This document shows positions 1 to 9,834 of a DNA stretch of 58,329 nt, piece by piece; the first letter of the stretch is position 1, and every line of letters starts with the position of its first letter. Under the pieces are notes generated by a model. The model made no database searches. It had not been told where the DNA came from and saw only the letters and a program-made list of their open reading frames with translations. The position numbers were made by a program, and so were the translations under genes. Source of the DNA: Ignavibacteria bacterium (GTDB taxonomy: Bacteria; Bacteroidota; Ignavibacteria; Tepidaquicellales; OLB5); assembly GCA_043744495.1 (NCBI GenBank), contig JAYTUN010000139.1:1-58329 (forward strand), read 5' to 3'.

Positions 1-143
1 TTGAGTTCTTTATGTCATTGTTTAATAATGATTTAAAGTTTGTAAATGGAACATCCAGATTAGAGTAATTTATGCTCGAAACAGCGTTTCGAGTTACAAA
101 AGGTCAACTTGAGTTAATAATTTCGTTATTTCAATACAGTTAA

Positions 144-545
144 ATGAACAATAAAATAATAATAGCATTAATAGTTGTGGCTGCGGTGGTTCTGATATAC
201 AAATTTTTTTTAAGCGGACCGAAATCTACAGAGGCTGATATTGAGCCCGCAAAGTTTGAAGAGCTTACAAAGGAAAAAGATGCAGTGATACTGGATGTTC
301 GCAGCGGCTTTGAGTTCGGTGGTGATAAAATTGCAGGGGCGCAGAATATCAGCTATACTTCAGGCGGATTTAAGGGTTATGTTGAAAAGCTGGATAAAAG
401 CAAAACATACCTTGTCTATTGCGCATCAGGCTCAAGAAGTGTTGGCGCGGTAAATACGCTTAAGGGTCTGGGTTTCGAGAAGGTGTATAATCTTAAGGGC
501 GGTATCAGCAACTGGAAATCAGAAGGAAAACCGGTTGTTAGATAG
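144..545 (+). CDS. Membrane-anchored single-domain rhodanese-like sulfurtransferase
   Basis: 133-aa ORF. N-terminal hydrophobic helix (IIIALIVVAAVVLIY), then rhodanese-type motifs ILDVRS..EF and active-site loop YCASGSRS. Confidence 0.8.
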   Translation: MNNKIIIALIVVAAVVLIYKFFLSGPKSTEADIEPAKFEELTKEKDAVILDVRSGFEFGGDKIAGAQNISYTSGGFKGYVEKLDKSKTYLVYCASGSRSVGAVNTLKGLGFEKVYNLKGGISNWKSEGKPVVR

Positions 546-550
546 CAAAA

Positions 551-606
551 CGTGAAACGTCAAATGTCAAACGTGAAATGTGAAATTTCAAAAAGAAAAT
601 GTGATC
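551..606 (+). repeat. Period-7 A-tract array (cgtgaaa cgtcaaa tgtcaaa cgtgaaa tgtgaaa tttcaaa ...) starting 6 nt after the rhodanese stop
   Basis: Read directly: six to eight consecutive heptamers of form YGTSAAA. The array ends in the perfect palindrome tgaaatttca. Confidence 0.75.
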
Positions 607-778
607 CGCCAATCAGACCCTGTACAAGGTAGAAGAGTGGAATTGTAAAAAGCACAGAATTTGAAAGAATTAAAAAATGTTTAACTATAAGTATAGATTT
701 AGAAGAGCGCTTCGTGACCCGTTTTCAAAACACTATAGTGTTTTTTACGGGAATTTTTTTAAATATAAATAAAAGAAG

Positions 779-1594
779 ATGTTCCCAATATTTGACGAGC
801 AGCAATATGTAAAAACAAGAAGGCGCATGCATTCTATAGCGAAGCTGATCGGGCACTTCAGGGAAGTTATGATAGAGCCTATTGCGAAAAGTGATAACCT
901 GTGGTTGAGTGTTGCAGGCAAAGGTTTCTGCACGCCCCCTATGGATAAATATAACGAGCTTGAAATTGGATTTAATGCAGAGATGATCTGCGTGGAAATT
1001 GCTGATAACAGGAATAAGTATGTATCATTTTCGGTTATTGGAAAAACATTGAATGAGCTTTGCGCTGAAATCTTAAGTGCATTCAGCGATGAGTTTAATA
1101 TTACCCCAAAACTTACAGCGGATGACTTTGATAACACAAAGAAAACCGAAATTGATGAGAGAGCCGCGCAGGAATTTCTCGCTCAGTTTGTGAATTTATC
1201 GGGATTGCTTAGCGAGTTCCACAAAAAAATTGCATCAAATGACGGAGTGAAAACACAAATATGCTTATGGCCGCATCATTTTGATAATGCTTTCAAGTGG
1301 TTCAGCGGGCGCAAGATAGATGAAATTGATGAGTTCATGGGTATAGGCGTATCTAATGGTGACGAAATGTACGTGCTGCCGTATATTTATATGACAATTT
1401 ATCCAGAGCTCAGAAAAATGAATACGCTTGATCTGCCCGAAGGCGCGAATCTACATGATACTGACTGGCAAGGGCTTATACTTACGTATGAAGCTATCTT
1501 AGAAATGAAAACACCGGAAGAACAATCAGAGCTTGTAAATAATTTTCTTGATAGGGGATTTGCTGGGATAAAGAGGGGATTTAGTAAGAGATGA
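779..1594 (+). CDS. Hypothetical protein, DUF5996-like
   Basis: 271-aa ORF. The layout (N-terminal TRRRMHSIAKLIGHFRE, later CLWPHHFDNAFKWFSGRK) resembles my recollection of DUF5996 family proteins. Not verified. Confidence 0.45.
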   Translation: MFPIFDEQQYVKTRRRMHSIAKLIGHFREVMIEPIAKSDNLWLSVAGKGFCTPPMDKYNELEIGFNAEMICVEIADNRNKYVSFSVIGKTLNELCAEILSAFSDEFNITPKLTADDFDNTKKTEIDERAAQEFLAQFVNLSGLLSEFHKKIASNDGVKTQICLWPHHFDNAFKWFSGRKIDEIDEFMGIGVSNGDEMYVLPYIYMTIYPELRKMNTLDLPEGANLHDTDWQGLILTYEAILEMKTPEEQSELVNNFLDRGFAGIKRGFSKR

Positions 1595-1791
1595 CTTCCC
1601 GAAAGGATTAGCCACGAGTTACAACTTATTAAAAACAAAAAATCAGGCGAAATACACGAAGTTATTTTTATATCAATGCCTTTTCAAAATCAAGCTCTGA
1701 AACAAGTTTAGTAAAATCTTTATTCTATGAATCAGTTCTTTTGCAAAGGATCATATTAATATATTAATTATCATTGTTAAGGTTGATATAT

Positions 1792-2466
1792 TCATACCAG
1801 AAGTTGCTCAAAGAAGCCACCGATCTGTTTTTCTTTATCAACAAAATGTATCTCCAGTATCCAGTGTCGTTTGTTTCCATTAACATCGGGTAAAAACATA
1901 TCATTGGGATTTTTGGGATGTACATAGAGTCCGTAGTTTTCGGGTTCAAGCTTTTCATGGGGAAACTGCCCAATCAGGTGACCCGCAAGAGGGCCGCCAT
2001 ACTCCCATCCATAGTTTTTTGCAACTCTGGTTATACGATGATAAAACTCTGCCCCTGTAAGTTTGGTTTGTTTTTCAAACCATGCTTTGGTTTCATGCCA
2101 TGCGAGTTCAATATCATTTTTCAATTTTATTTTGTACGGATCGTTACCAATTACATAGGTTCTTCCAAAATCGGCTTCCCAGTCTTCAAAGACCGGTCCG
2201 AAATCAAAAAACAGGATATCGTCAGCTTGAATTATCAGATCAGGCGGATTTTCATTATACGGCTCTAACGTATTAGCTCCCGCCCGCACTATCCTTTTAT
2301 GCCAGTATTTTTCAATTCCGAACAACTCAAATGCTAGCTCAAAGATCTCCTTATTAAGCTGTTTTTCAGATTTCCCTGCTGAGATCATTTTACGGGCTTC
2401 TATTGTTTGAAAGAGCTGCAGAGCTTTTACCTCAGCTTCAATTAATTTTTGTTTACTGTCTTTCAT
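1792..2466 (-). CDS. M24-family (pita-bread fold) metallopeptidase, short form
   Basis: 224-aa ORF with a metal-ligand pattern typical of M24: FFDFG..EADFGRTY (Asp, Asp), AGHLIGQ (His), WILEIHF (Glu). Confidence 0.65.
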   Translation of the reverse strand: MKDSKQKLIEAEVKALQLFQTIEARKMISAGKSEKQLNKEIFELAFELFGIEKYWHKRIVRAGANTLEPYNENPPDLIIQADDILFFDFGPVFEDWEADFGRTYVIGNDPYKIKLKNDIELAWHETKAWFEKQTKLTGAEFYHRITRVAKNYGWEYGGPLAGHLIGQFPHEKLEPENYGLYVHPKNPNDMFLPDVNGNKRHWILEIHFVDKEKQIGGFFEQLLV

Positions 2467-2752
2467 CTTACATAGTTAGTTTGTTGTTGAGTGTTGTTCT
2501 ATATGCTCACAGGTAACATCCAAATTTACCTATTCCATAAATTTTATACTATGAAATTTGATAGTAACCCGTTAATTTAGTATCTTATCAAAGGGAATTT
2601 TATTTATTTTCTGGATAAAATAAACAATAAAGTTATTTTTTAAAAGCCAACAAAGAGTAGTTATCCGCAAATTAATCATATTTCAAAATTATTAAAGATA
2701 CCTGCCGGAGTTTATCCCGCATTTCATGCGGGACGGGTATTACACCAAGGAC

Positions 2753-3532
2753 ATGGCAAAAAAAGAAATTAAGATATTCTGCTGGAACGTTAACGGCATA
2801 AGAGCAATTTGGAAAAAGGATTTTCCCAAATGGTTTAAGAAGGCTTCGCCTGATGTATTATGCCTTCAGGAAACCAAGGCGCAGCCTGAGCAGCTTGATG
2901 AAGAAGTGAAAAGATACTGCGGATGCTGGTCGGAATTCTTCTCAGCAGAAAAAAAGGGTTATTCCGGCGTTGCTACTTATTCTAAAACACCTCCAGTTAG
3001 CTTTAAGAAAGGCTTAGGGAATCCGTATTACGATAACGAAGGCAGGGTGCTGCAAACCGACTTCAAAGATTTCACAATTTACAATGTTTACTTTCCAAAC
3101 GGCGGCAGGGGACCCGAACGCGTTAAATACAAGCTAGATTTTTACAACGAATTATTTTTCCATATAGAAAAAAAGCGGAAGAAACAGAAGAACATAATTA
3201 TTTGCGGTGACTATAATACTGCTCATAAAGAAATTGATCTTGCGCGACCGAAGGAAAATTCAAAGAACACCGGATTTCTGCCCGAAGAAAGAGAATGGCT
3301 GGATACTATTGTGAAACTGGGCTATATAGATATTTTCAGGGAATACAACGATAAGCCGGGGCAATATACTTATTGGGACCAGATTACAAGAGCAAGAGAT
3401 AGGAATGTTGGCTGGAGGATAGATTACTTTTTCATATCAAACGAAATGAGAAAGCTTGTTACAGATGCTAAGATTCACTCGAAAGTAATGGGAAGTGATC
3501 ACTGCCCAATTGAGCTGGACCTGAAGATTTAA
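2753..3532 (+). CDS. xth: Exodeoxyribonuclease III (AP endonuclease)
   Basis: Motifs FCWNVNGIR, LCLQETK, GDYNTAH, SDHCPIELDL. I prefer the ATG at 2753 (MAKKEIKIF) over the upstream ORF start at 2726. Confidence 0.9.
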   Translation: MAKKEIKIFCWNVNGIRAIWKKDFPKWFKKASPDVLCLQETKAQPEQLDEEVKRYCGCWSEFFSAEKKGYSGVATYSKTPPVSFKKGLGNPYYDNEGRVLQTDFKDFTIYNVYFPNGGRGPERVKYKLDFYNELFFHIEKKRKKQKNIIICGDYNTAHKEIDLARPKENSKNTGFLPEEREWLDTIVKLGYIDIFREYNDKPGQYTYWDQITRARDRNVGWRIDYFFISNEMRKLVTDAKIHSKVMGSDHCPIELDLKI

Positions 3533-3910
3533 AGATGTGCATTAAACCAGTTAGGTTTAGTATTCTATGATGCTATATTCATTTTAAAATACCATTTTTC
3601 ATTGTGGGTAAAATAGACAGGTTAAAAATTTGAAAGTCCTCACCAAGCCTAACGCTTTTACGGTACATTCAATAGAGTGTAATTATAAGTATTTGCCAGG
3701 ACGCCCCCTTGCATTACCCTAATTACGGTATGGCTAATACTAACCATTCACCCTATATTCGAAACAGAGAATTACTAACGTAACAAGTTGTCTAATAAGT
3801 TGTCAAATAGCAATTAATAAACAACAAAGAATAAACAGTAAATAATATAAGTTTTCCTCTAAAGCAGTATTTCAGATTTTTCTTCATGTTGTTCTTTTCT
3901 TTATTCCCCC

Positions 3911-3944
3911 AGCCGCCGCATTAATTTGCGGCGGCTAATTTTTT
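3911..3944 (+). terminator. Rho-independent terminator with no ORF upstream
   Basis: Stem gccgccgca / tgcggcggc with a 6-nt loop, followed by taatttttt. It lies about 380 nt downstream of the xth stop in a 518-bp gap between convergent genes. Confidence 0.6.
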
Positions 3945-4050
3945 ATACAGCAAGCGCTTATTCGGATAGTGGATATAATAAACGACACATTAAGCTGAAC
4001 AGAGTATTTATTAAAGCTGAACTTCGCACAAATCTATGCAAATAATGCGT

Positions 4051-5238
4051 TCAGGATAGCATGTAATTAATTATCTTTAAATACCGGTTGCGCATTATTT
4101 CCCAGTTAAGTATATCATAGTCAGCGCGGGCATTTGTTGTTTTTTGGAGTACAAGTTCTTTATTGTAAAACACATTTTTTATATTATCTGCCAGCTGAGC
4201 TGTGCTTCCTGAATCAAAGTAAAATAACGAGTCTTCCCTGTAATATCTTTTATATGTATTAAGTCTTGTTGCAATAACGGGTATTTTAAGATAAATCGTT
4301 TCTATCAACTTAATTGTATAAAATAAATCGCTGTAAACATTCTTTAATGGCGGAAGTATGAGCACATTTGCTTTAATGACTTCCCTTCTCATATCGGCAG
4401 GCTGTAGGTAGCCCATATACTGCACTTTATCAGCTACCCCCATTGTTTTTGCAAGCGCAAGTATCTCTTTAAGAGCGGGACCATCGCCATAGAGTCTGAA
4501 AACAATTTTATCGTAATCCGCTTCAGGCATTTCATTTTTCAGCTTGGCAAGGGCTTTTACTATCAATGTTAGGCTAAGCAGCTTTACAATTGTTCCGTTA
4601 TAAATTATTATAAATTCATTTTCCGAAGGCGTGGCAGGCAATGGAAATTCACACGGGTCAACTGAATTCATAACAACGTTTATCTTTCCTTCAATCCCTT
4701 TATTGCGTTTGGTAAATATTTCCTTTGCATTATCGTGAATTGTGATAACAGTATCAGCAAGTTTAATTGAAAACTTTTCGGCAAGTTTAATAAGCTTAAC
4801 ATTGAATAAATCGTAAGCTGCGCCTGTTCTTGCCATGTAAAGTTCCGGAAAGATCTCATGCAGGTCCAGGATAAGCTTAGCGGCAAAGAGCTTGTTCCAT
4901 ACGGCAGCAAAAATGAGGAAATCAGGCAGGGTATGTGTATGAATTATTTTATAGCGGTATTTGATTCCCGTGTAAACTAAAAGAAGTGAAGATATCCAGG
5001 TGAACAAAAGATACTCGATAAGCGTTAAGAAAAAGCTGCCGCGTTTTTTTGATACAGGTATTCTATATACTAAATTGCCCTGGATATTCTGGAAGAACGG
5101 TTCATTCTTTTTTTTGCTGCAGATAACTATGCAACGGATGCCATTTTCGTTAAGAGCATTTACATAGCGCCTAACACGCGGGTCTCGCGGGTATTCTTCA
5201 TAAAGCAGGTGACACACCGAGTAACTTTTTTTATCCAT
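4051..5238 (-). CDS. GT4-family (GT-B fold) glycosyltransferase
   Basis: 395-aa ORF. N-terminal YPRDPRVRRY motif common in a GT4 subgroup. The C-terminal half has a typical GT1/GT4 layout (YGDGP..., LILPP). Confidence 0.75.
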   Translation of the reverse strand: MDKKSYSVCHLLYEEYPRDPRVRRYVNALNENGIRCIVICSKKKNEPFFQNIQGNLVYRIPVSKKRGSFFLTLIEYLLFTWISSLLLVYTGIKYRYKIIHTHTLPDFLIFAAVWNKLFAAKLILDLHEIFPELYMARTGAAYDLFNVKLIKLAEKFSIKLADTVITIHDNAKEIFTKRNKGIEGKINVVMNSVDPCEFPLPATPSENEFIIIYNGTIVKLLSLTLIVKALAKLKNEMPEADYDKIVFRLYGDGPALKEILALAKTMGVADKVQYMGYLQPADMRREVIKANVLILPPLKNVYSDLFYTIKLIETIYLKIPVIATRLNTYKRYYREDSLFYFDSGSTAQLADNIKNVFYNKELVLQKTTNARADYDILNWEIMRNRYLKIINYMLS

Positions 5239-5382
5239 TTAAATATGTTTTCTTATATATGTTTTCATATAGATGTTTTCCGGGCAAGTAAGCAGAAATA
5301 ACAATAAATTGCCTACCTAAAATGCGGATTTATTAACTATTTTAATAGGATTTAATATATAAAAAAATTTATTTATTATTAA

Positions 5383-6345
5383 TTGCAAAATTACGCAAAA
5401 ACAGAAAATTTGGATAAAATATCCGTAATAATCCCCGTTTATTTCAACGCAGACGTGCTTAAGGAAACGCACTCCGTTTTAAGCGATGTACTTAAGGAGC
5501 AGTCACAGAAATTTGATTATGAATTAGTATTTGTAGATGACGGCTCAAAGGATGCGTCATACCGGGTGATGCTGGAAATTGTCCTGGGAGACCCTAAGGT
5601 TAAGCTGGTGAAGCTCTCAAAAAATCACGGGGCTTATGTTGCAATACTTTCGGGTATGAATTATGCTACAGGTGACGCAGTAGTTTTCCTTGCGGCTGAC
5701 CTACAGGACCCTCCGGAGCTTATTCCACAGATGTATGACGAGTGGGTTAAGGGAAATAAACGCGACTTGGTGCTATGCGTAAGGCAAAGCCGGCAGGACC
5801 CGTTTTTATCAAAATTATTTTCAGCAGCGTTTTATAAGATATTCCGCGCTCTTGTACTGCCGGAGTATCCCAAAACAGGATTTGACCTATGCATGATAAA
5901 CAAACAGCAGGCTAAGATACTTGTTGATATGGACGAAAAGAATTCACACTTAACCGTTCAGATAATATGGCTTGGCTTTGGCAGGCGGTTTTTAAATTAC
6001 CACCGCAGGGAGCGCAAGCAGGGTAAATCCCGTTGGTCATTTTTCAAAAGGCTGAAGCTGGCATTTGATACATTTTTCGGATTTTCAGCAAGGCCGCTCA
6101 GGATAGCTTCGTTTATTGGCATGCTTACATGGGTGCCGGCATTTTTGCTTGCCCTTTATATTATATTGCGTAAATTTATTTCAGGCACACCGTTGTTTGG
6201 GATCCCCTCTATAATTGTTGCAGTATTTGTAACAGGCGGGCTTATACTTCTTAGCATAGGTATTGTCGGCGAATACCTGTGGCGAAATTTTGACGCAACA
6301 AGAAAGCGTCCTACATTCATAGTAGAAGAAACGAAGAATATATAA
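5383..6345 (+). CDS. GT2 polyprenol-phosphate glycosyltransferase (ArnC/GtrB/DPM1-like)
   Basis: VIIPVYFN, FVDDGSKD, AADLQDPPE, VRQSRQD, plus two C-terminal TM helices and GEYLWR. Collinear with E. coli ArnC as I recall it. TTG start in the ORF track. Confidence 0.8.
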   Translation: MQNYAKTENLDKISVIIPVYFNADVLKETHSVLSDVLKEQSQKFDYELVFVDDGSKDASYRVMLEIVLGDPKVKLVKLSKNHGAYVAILSGMNYATGDAVVFLAADLQDPPELIPQMYDEWVKGNKRDLVLCVRQSRQDPFLSKLFSAAFYKIFRALVLPEYPKTGFDLCMINKQQAKILVDMDEKNSHLTVQIIWLGFGRRFLNYHRRERKQGKSRWSFFKRLKLAFDTFFGFSARPLRIASFIGMLTWVPAFLLALYIILRKFISGTPLFGIPSIIVAVFVTGGLILLSIGIVGEYLWRNFDATRKRPTFIVEETKNI

Positions 6346-6425
6346 GACTTACCCTCCATGCGCCATAAGTGCATTACCTCTTAAAAATGAGAGGGCGGGC
6401 TGAATAATGTAATAATTTATTATTA

Positions 6426-7622
6426 ATGACAGAGCTTCCAGAAATACATTTTGACTGCATCCACTTCTATGGTGATAGACCCTGCAAGCCTAACAAAGAG
6501 CATGGTGTGTTCTGCGAAGAGTGCAGCTATTATGAGAAGGATACCAGCATTACCGAACCATACCCCGAAATTCCGAACGCAGAACCATACTGCGAAACAG
6601 AAGGGGAAAAGAAAATCATAATAGTTAAGCTTGATGCAGTTGGCGATGTACTTAGGACAACATCAATACTGCCAACATTAAAGGCGCGCTATGTTGAATC
6701 AAACATTACATGGATTACAAAGCAGCGCTCTTACGGGGTGCTAAAAGATAACGAAATGATAGATGAAATATATTTCATCAGTGATGAACTTGACAACATT
6801 TACTGCGAAATGTTTGATGTTGCGATAAACCTTGATAGCGGAAGCGAGAGTTGTAAAATTATGAATCGGATAAACGCAAAGCAGCGCTTTGGCTATTATA
6901 TTGTAAACGGCAAACCTTACCCTATAAATACACTTGCAAACGAGTGGTACCTGATGGGAGTTAATGACAACGTTAAGAAGCGCAATCAAAGGACTTATCA
7001 TGAAATTATACATGATATTTGCGGTTTTAAATATGAAGGCTCTGAGCCTTTTATGCACCTGCCACTCGAAAAGATAAATCGCTCGGAAGAGCTCAAAGAA
7101 AAACACATTTTAAAAAGCTTTGATAAATTAATATTAATAAATCTTGGCGGCGGCAACCGGTGGCAGTATAAGAAATGGACAGCCGGGGGATATACAGAAC
7201 TTGTAAATATACTCAGCCGCAAATACCCCAAAACAGCAATTGGCATAATAGCGGGTGAAGAGGATAAAGTATTCTATGCGGGAATTTCGGGTGAGCTTGA
7301 AAATCTTAACCGCGAAAACATAATATATTTCGGCTGTGATAATTCCATGGAAGATTTTATCTGCATAGTATCACTTGCGACTGAAATTTTCACCTCAGAC
7401 TCATTATGTTTTCACATTGCAACAGCGCTTGGCAAATACTCGGTTGTTATTGTTGGACCCACCTCGAATACAGAGCTTGATGTGTTTAGCAATGGAAAAA
7501 TAATTTATTCAGATAAAGTTGACTGTTTATGCTGTTATTTAAACAAGTGCGATAAAATAGTTACCTGTATGAACACCCTGAACGCAGTTGATATTTCAAA
7601 ATTATTCATGGATAAGAATTAA
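6426..7622 (+). CDS. GT9-family glycosyltransferase (heptosyltransferase-like) with Cys-rich N- and C-terminal extensions
   Basis: Core KKIIIVKLDAVGDVLRTTSILP is typical of GT9. Extra N-terminal CIHFYGDRPCKPNKEHGVFCEEC and C-terminal DCLCCYLNKCDKIVTC. Confidence 0.7.
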   Translation: MTELPEIHFDCIHFYGDRPCKPNKEHGVFCEECSYYEKDTSITEPYPEIPNAEPYCETEGEKKIIIVKLDAVGDVLRTTSILPTLKARYVESNITWITKQRSYGVLKDNEMIDEIYFISDELDNIYCEMFDVAINLDSGSESCKIMNRINAKQRFGYYIVNGKPYPINTLANEWYLMGVNDNVKKRNQRTYHEIIHDICGFKYEGSEPFMHLPLEKINRSEELKEKHILKSFDKLILINLGGGNRWQYKKWTAGGYTELVNILSRKYPKTAIGIIAGEEDKVFYAGISGELENLNRENIIYFGCDNSMEDFICIVSLATEIFTSDSLCFHIATALGKYSVVIVGPTSNTELDVFSNGKIIYSDKVDCLCCYLNKCDKIVTCMNTLNAVDISKLFMDKN

Positions 7623-7631
7623 AACGGTAAT

Positions 7632-8714
7632 TTGAAAATAGTTTACCTCACTTCCGAAAGCTACATTGACCACAGCTATTCTATTGTTCAGGAGCTGAAA
7701 AATCATATTGAGCTTAAAGTCTTCATTCAGGCAAAGGAAAAGACAACTGAAATTAACAGGTGGTGTAAAATGTTAGGAGCTGAGTTTATTCAGCGCAGAC
7801 GCTTCCGCAATCCATTGAGCTTTATTGCAGAGATAATGTTCCTCTTCCGAATAAGGAAAATGAAACCCGATGTTGTATGGTTCAATACTATGACAGTTTA
7901 CCAGTTGCTGATAGCCAATATTATTCTAAAAAAATTTCTTGTGGTGATGCACGATGTTGACCTTCATCCGGAAAGCAAAGACAGGCACGGAATATTTTCC
8001 GTTAGAATGACAACGAAGTTTGCTTTGAAGAAAATATGCGCAGCAAGCAAAGCGCAGGCGGAAATATTCAACAAACAACACGGGTTCTATCCACCTGTTT
8101 TCCAGCTTCCAATAATTAATTATTATAAGGAATCCAGCGAAGAAACCGAATGCAAAAAATCCAATATCAACAATAAAATTAGGTTCTTCTTTTTCGGTTC
8201 TGTTGAGCAGTATAAAGGAATTGAAATGCTTCTTGATGCAGCAGTGATAATGCAAAACAAGGGTCTTGAGTTTGACCTGAATATTTACGGTAAGCTGAAG
8301 TATGAAAGCGAAACAATTCTTGACAAGATAAGGAATATTGAAAACTCCGGCATATATAATGAGTTTATCGATTACAGGCAAATTCACAAAATTTATAAAG
8401 AAAACGATATACTTATACTTCCTTACAGGCAGGTTACGCAATGCGGACCGCTGCTTATTGGTTACAGCGAGGAGGTGCCTTCAATATGCAGTGACCTAGA
8501 GGGATTCCGTGAATATGTGAAAGAAGGAACCGACGGGTTGATATTTGATAATACTGCGGAGGGACTTGCCTCGCTGATGGAGGAAGTTATAATGGATCCA
8601 TCAATAATTGGCAGGCTTTCTGATGGAATAAAAGTTAATGCGATAAAGAAATTTTCTATGGAAGCACTTGCAGTAGAGTATATTGAGAATTTCAGAATGC
8701 ATGCAGAGAAATAA
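7632..8714 (+). CDS. GT-B fold glycosyltransferase (GT4-like)
   Basis: 360-aa ORF. N-terminal MKIVYLTSE; C-terminal half FFFGSVEQYKGIEMLLDA ... LILPYR ... SDLEGFREYVKEGTDGLIF. TTG start. Confidence 0.65.
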   Translation: MKIVYLTSESYIDHSYSIVQELKNHIELKVFIQAKEKTTEINRWCKMLGAEFIQRRRFRNPLSFIAEIMFLFRIRKMKPDVVWFNTMTVYQLLIANIILKKFLVVMHDVDLHPESKDRHGIFSVRMTTKFALKKICAASKAQAEIFNKQHGFYPPVFQLPIINYYKESSEETECKKSNINNKIRFFFFGSVEQYKGIEMLLDAAVIMQNKGLEFDLNIYGKLKYESETILDKIRNIENSGIYNEFIDYRQIHKIYKENDILILPYRQVTQCGPLLIGYSEEVPSICSDLEGFREYVKEGTDGLIFDNTAEGLASLMEEVIMDPSIIGRLSDGIKVNAIKKFSMEALAVEYIENFRMHAEK

Positions 8715-8897
8715 TGATTCCCGCCCAAGAGAGAGCAGGTTAAGAAAACAAGAAATATTTTTTTACAGAGTCTTTCTTCGCAGAAATACCGCAAAGTCAG
8801 GAATACTGTATTGGGTCGAGTAAAATTATGTATTTTTAATGCTTTTATATATGTTTATTTTACAATTAAGGATAAATAAAATCAACATTTTATATAA

Positions 8898-9803
8898 ATG
8901 AAAGTACTTGTTACAGGCGGCGCAGGATTTATAGGATCGCATGTTGTTGATGTACTGATGGAAGAAGGTCATACAGTAATTATTTATGACCTTGAAGCGC
9001 CGGTTTATGGACAGAGGTGCCAGCATATTGTTGGAGATGTAAACAATAACGAAAAGTTTAAAAAAGAATCCAGGGGAGTTGATGCAATATATCACATGGC
9101 AGCACAGGCAAATGTGAATATTTTTTTCCAGGAGCCCGTTGTATCAAATTTAAATACATCAAGCTCCGCGCTGAATGTGCTTGAAGCGGCAAGGGAAAAT
9201 AATGTAGGGCGAGTACTGCTATCATCAACTGAATGGATATACGGCAGCGTGGAAGGTGATGAGGATACCCCGATTACCGAAGAAACAACTTATGCGCAGA
9301 ACCCAGACCACCTTTATACTTCATCAAAAATAGCCGCAGAGATGTTCTGTAAAAATTACAAGACTCTTTACGACGTGAATTATACAATTATGCGCTATGG
9401 GATCCCTTTTGGCGAAAGAGCAAGGGCGGCAACGGTTACTCCAATTTTTATAGATAAGATACTAAAGGGCGAAGAAATAACCATTCATGGCACAGGAAGC
9501 CAGACAAGACAGTTTATTTATGTGCGTGATTTGGCTGAAGGCAATTTTAGTTGTCTGAAGAACGATGGAGAGAATCAAATTTTTAATATTAACGGCAGGG
9601 AAGTTGTAAAGGTTATTGATATTGTAACTACACTTGAAGAGATAATCGGCATAAAAGCGAAGGTGAAGTTCATAGAAGACAGGAGGGGTAATTATAAGGG
9701 AAGGTATATATCAAGCGAAAAAGCGGAGCGTATGCTTGGATGGAAGCCGAAATATAGTTACAGGCAGGCGATGGAAAAATATGTGAAGACGGTGATTCAA
9801 TGA
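8898..9803 (+). CDS. NAD-dependent sugar epimerase/dehydratase (extended SDR)
   Basis: VTGGAGFIGSH Rossmann motif and YTSSK catalytic YxxxK. Confidence 0.85.
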   Translation: MKVLVTGGAGFIGSHVVDVLMEEGHTVIIYDLEAPVYGQRCQHIVGDVNNNEKFKKESRGVDAIYHMAAQANVNIFFQEPVVSNLNTSSSALNVLEAARENNVGRVLLSSTEWIYGSVEGDEDTPITEETTYAQNPDHLYTSSKIAAEMFCKNYKTLYDVNYTIMRYGIPFGERARAATVTPIFIDKILKGEEITIHGTGSQTRQFIYVRDLAEGNFSCLKNDGENQIFNINGREVVKVIDIVTTLEEIIGIKAKVKFIEDRRGNYKGRYISSEKAERMLGWKPKYSYRQAMEKYVKTVIQ

Positions 9804-9834
9804 ACAACGAACAATGAACAATGAACAATTGTTC
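9801..9834 (+). repeat. Period-7 array tgaacaa cgaacaa tgaacaa tgaacaa beginning at the stop codon
   Basis: Read directly. The first unit contains the TGA stop. The array ends in the 12-bp palindrome gaacaattgttc. Confidence 0.75.

Noticed and set aside
74-94. Hairpin ctcgaaac-agc-gtttcgag upstream of the rhodanese gene; also scanned all spacers for tRNA-like sequences
   Set aside because: No T-run follows and no cloverleaf features (T-loop GTTCRA, acceptor pairing) are present. I found no convincing tRNA, rRNA, tmRNA or SRP RNA anywhere in the window.
551-606. Considered whether the short tandem repeats (here and at 9801, 16234, 29352) are CRISPR arrays
   Set aside because: The units are 7 nt with no spacers, and there are no cas genes. 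This is not CRISPR architecture.
745-1137. 130-aa minus-strand ORF overlapping 779..1594
   Set aside because: It overlaps the longer plus-strand ORF, which has family-like motifs. There is no independent support.
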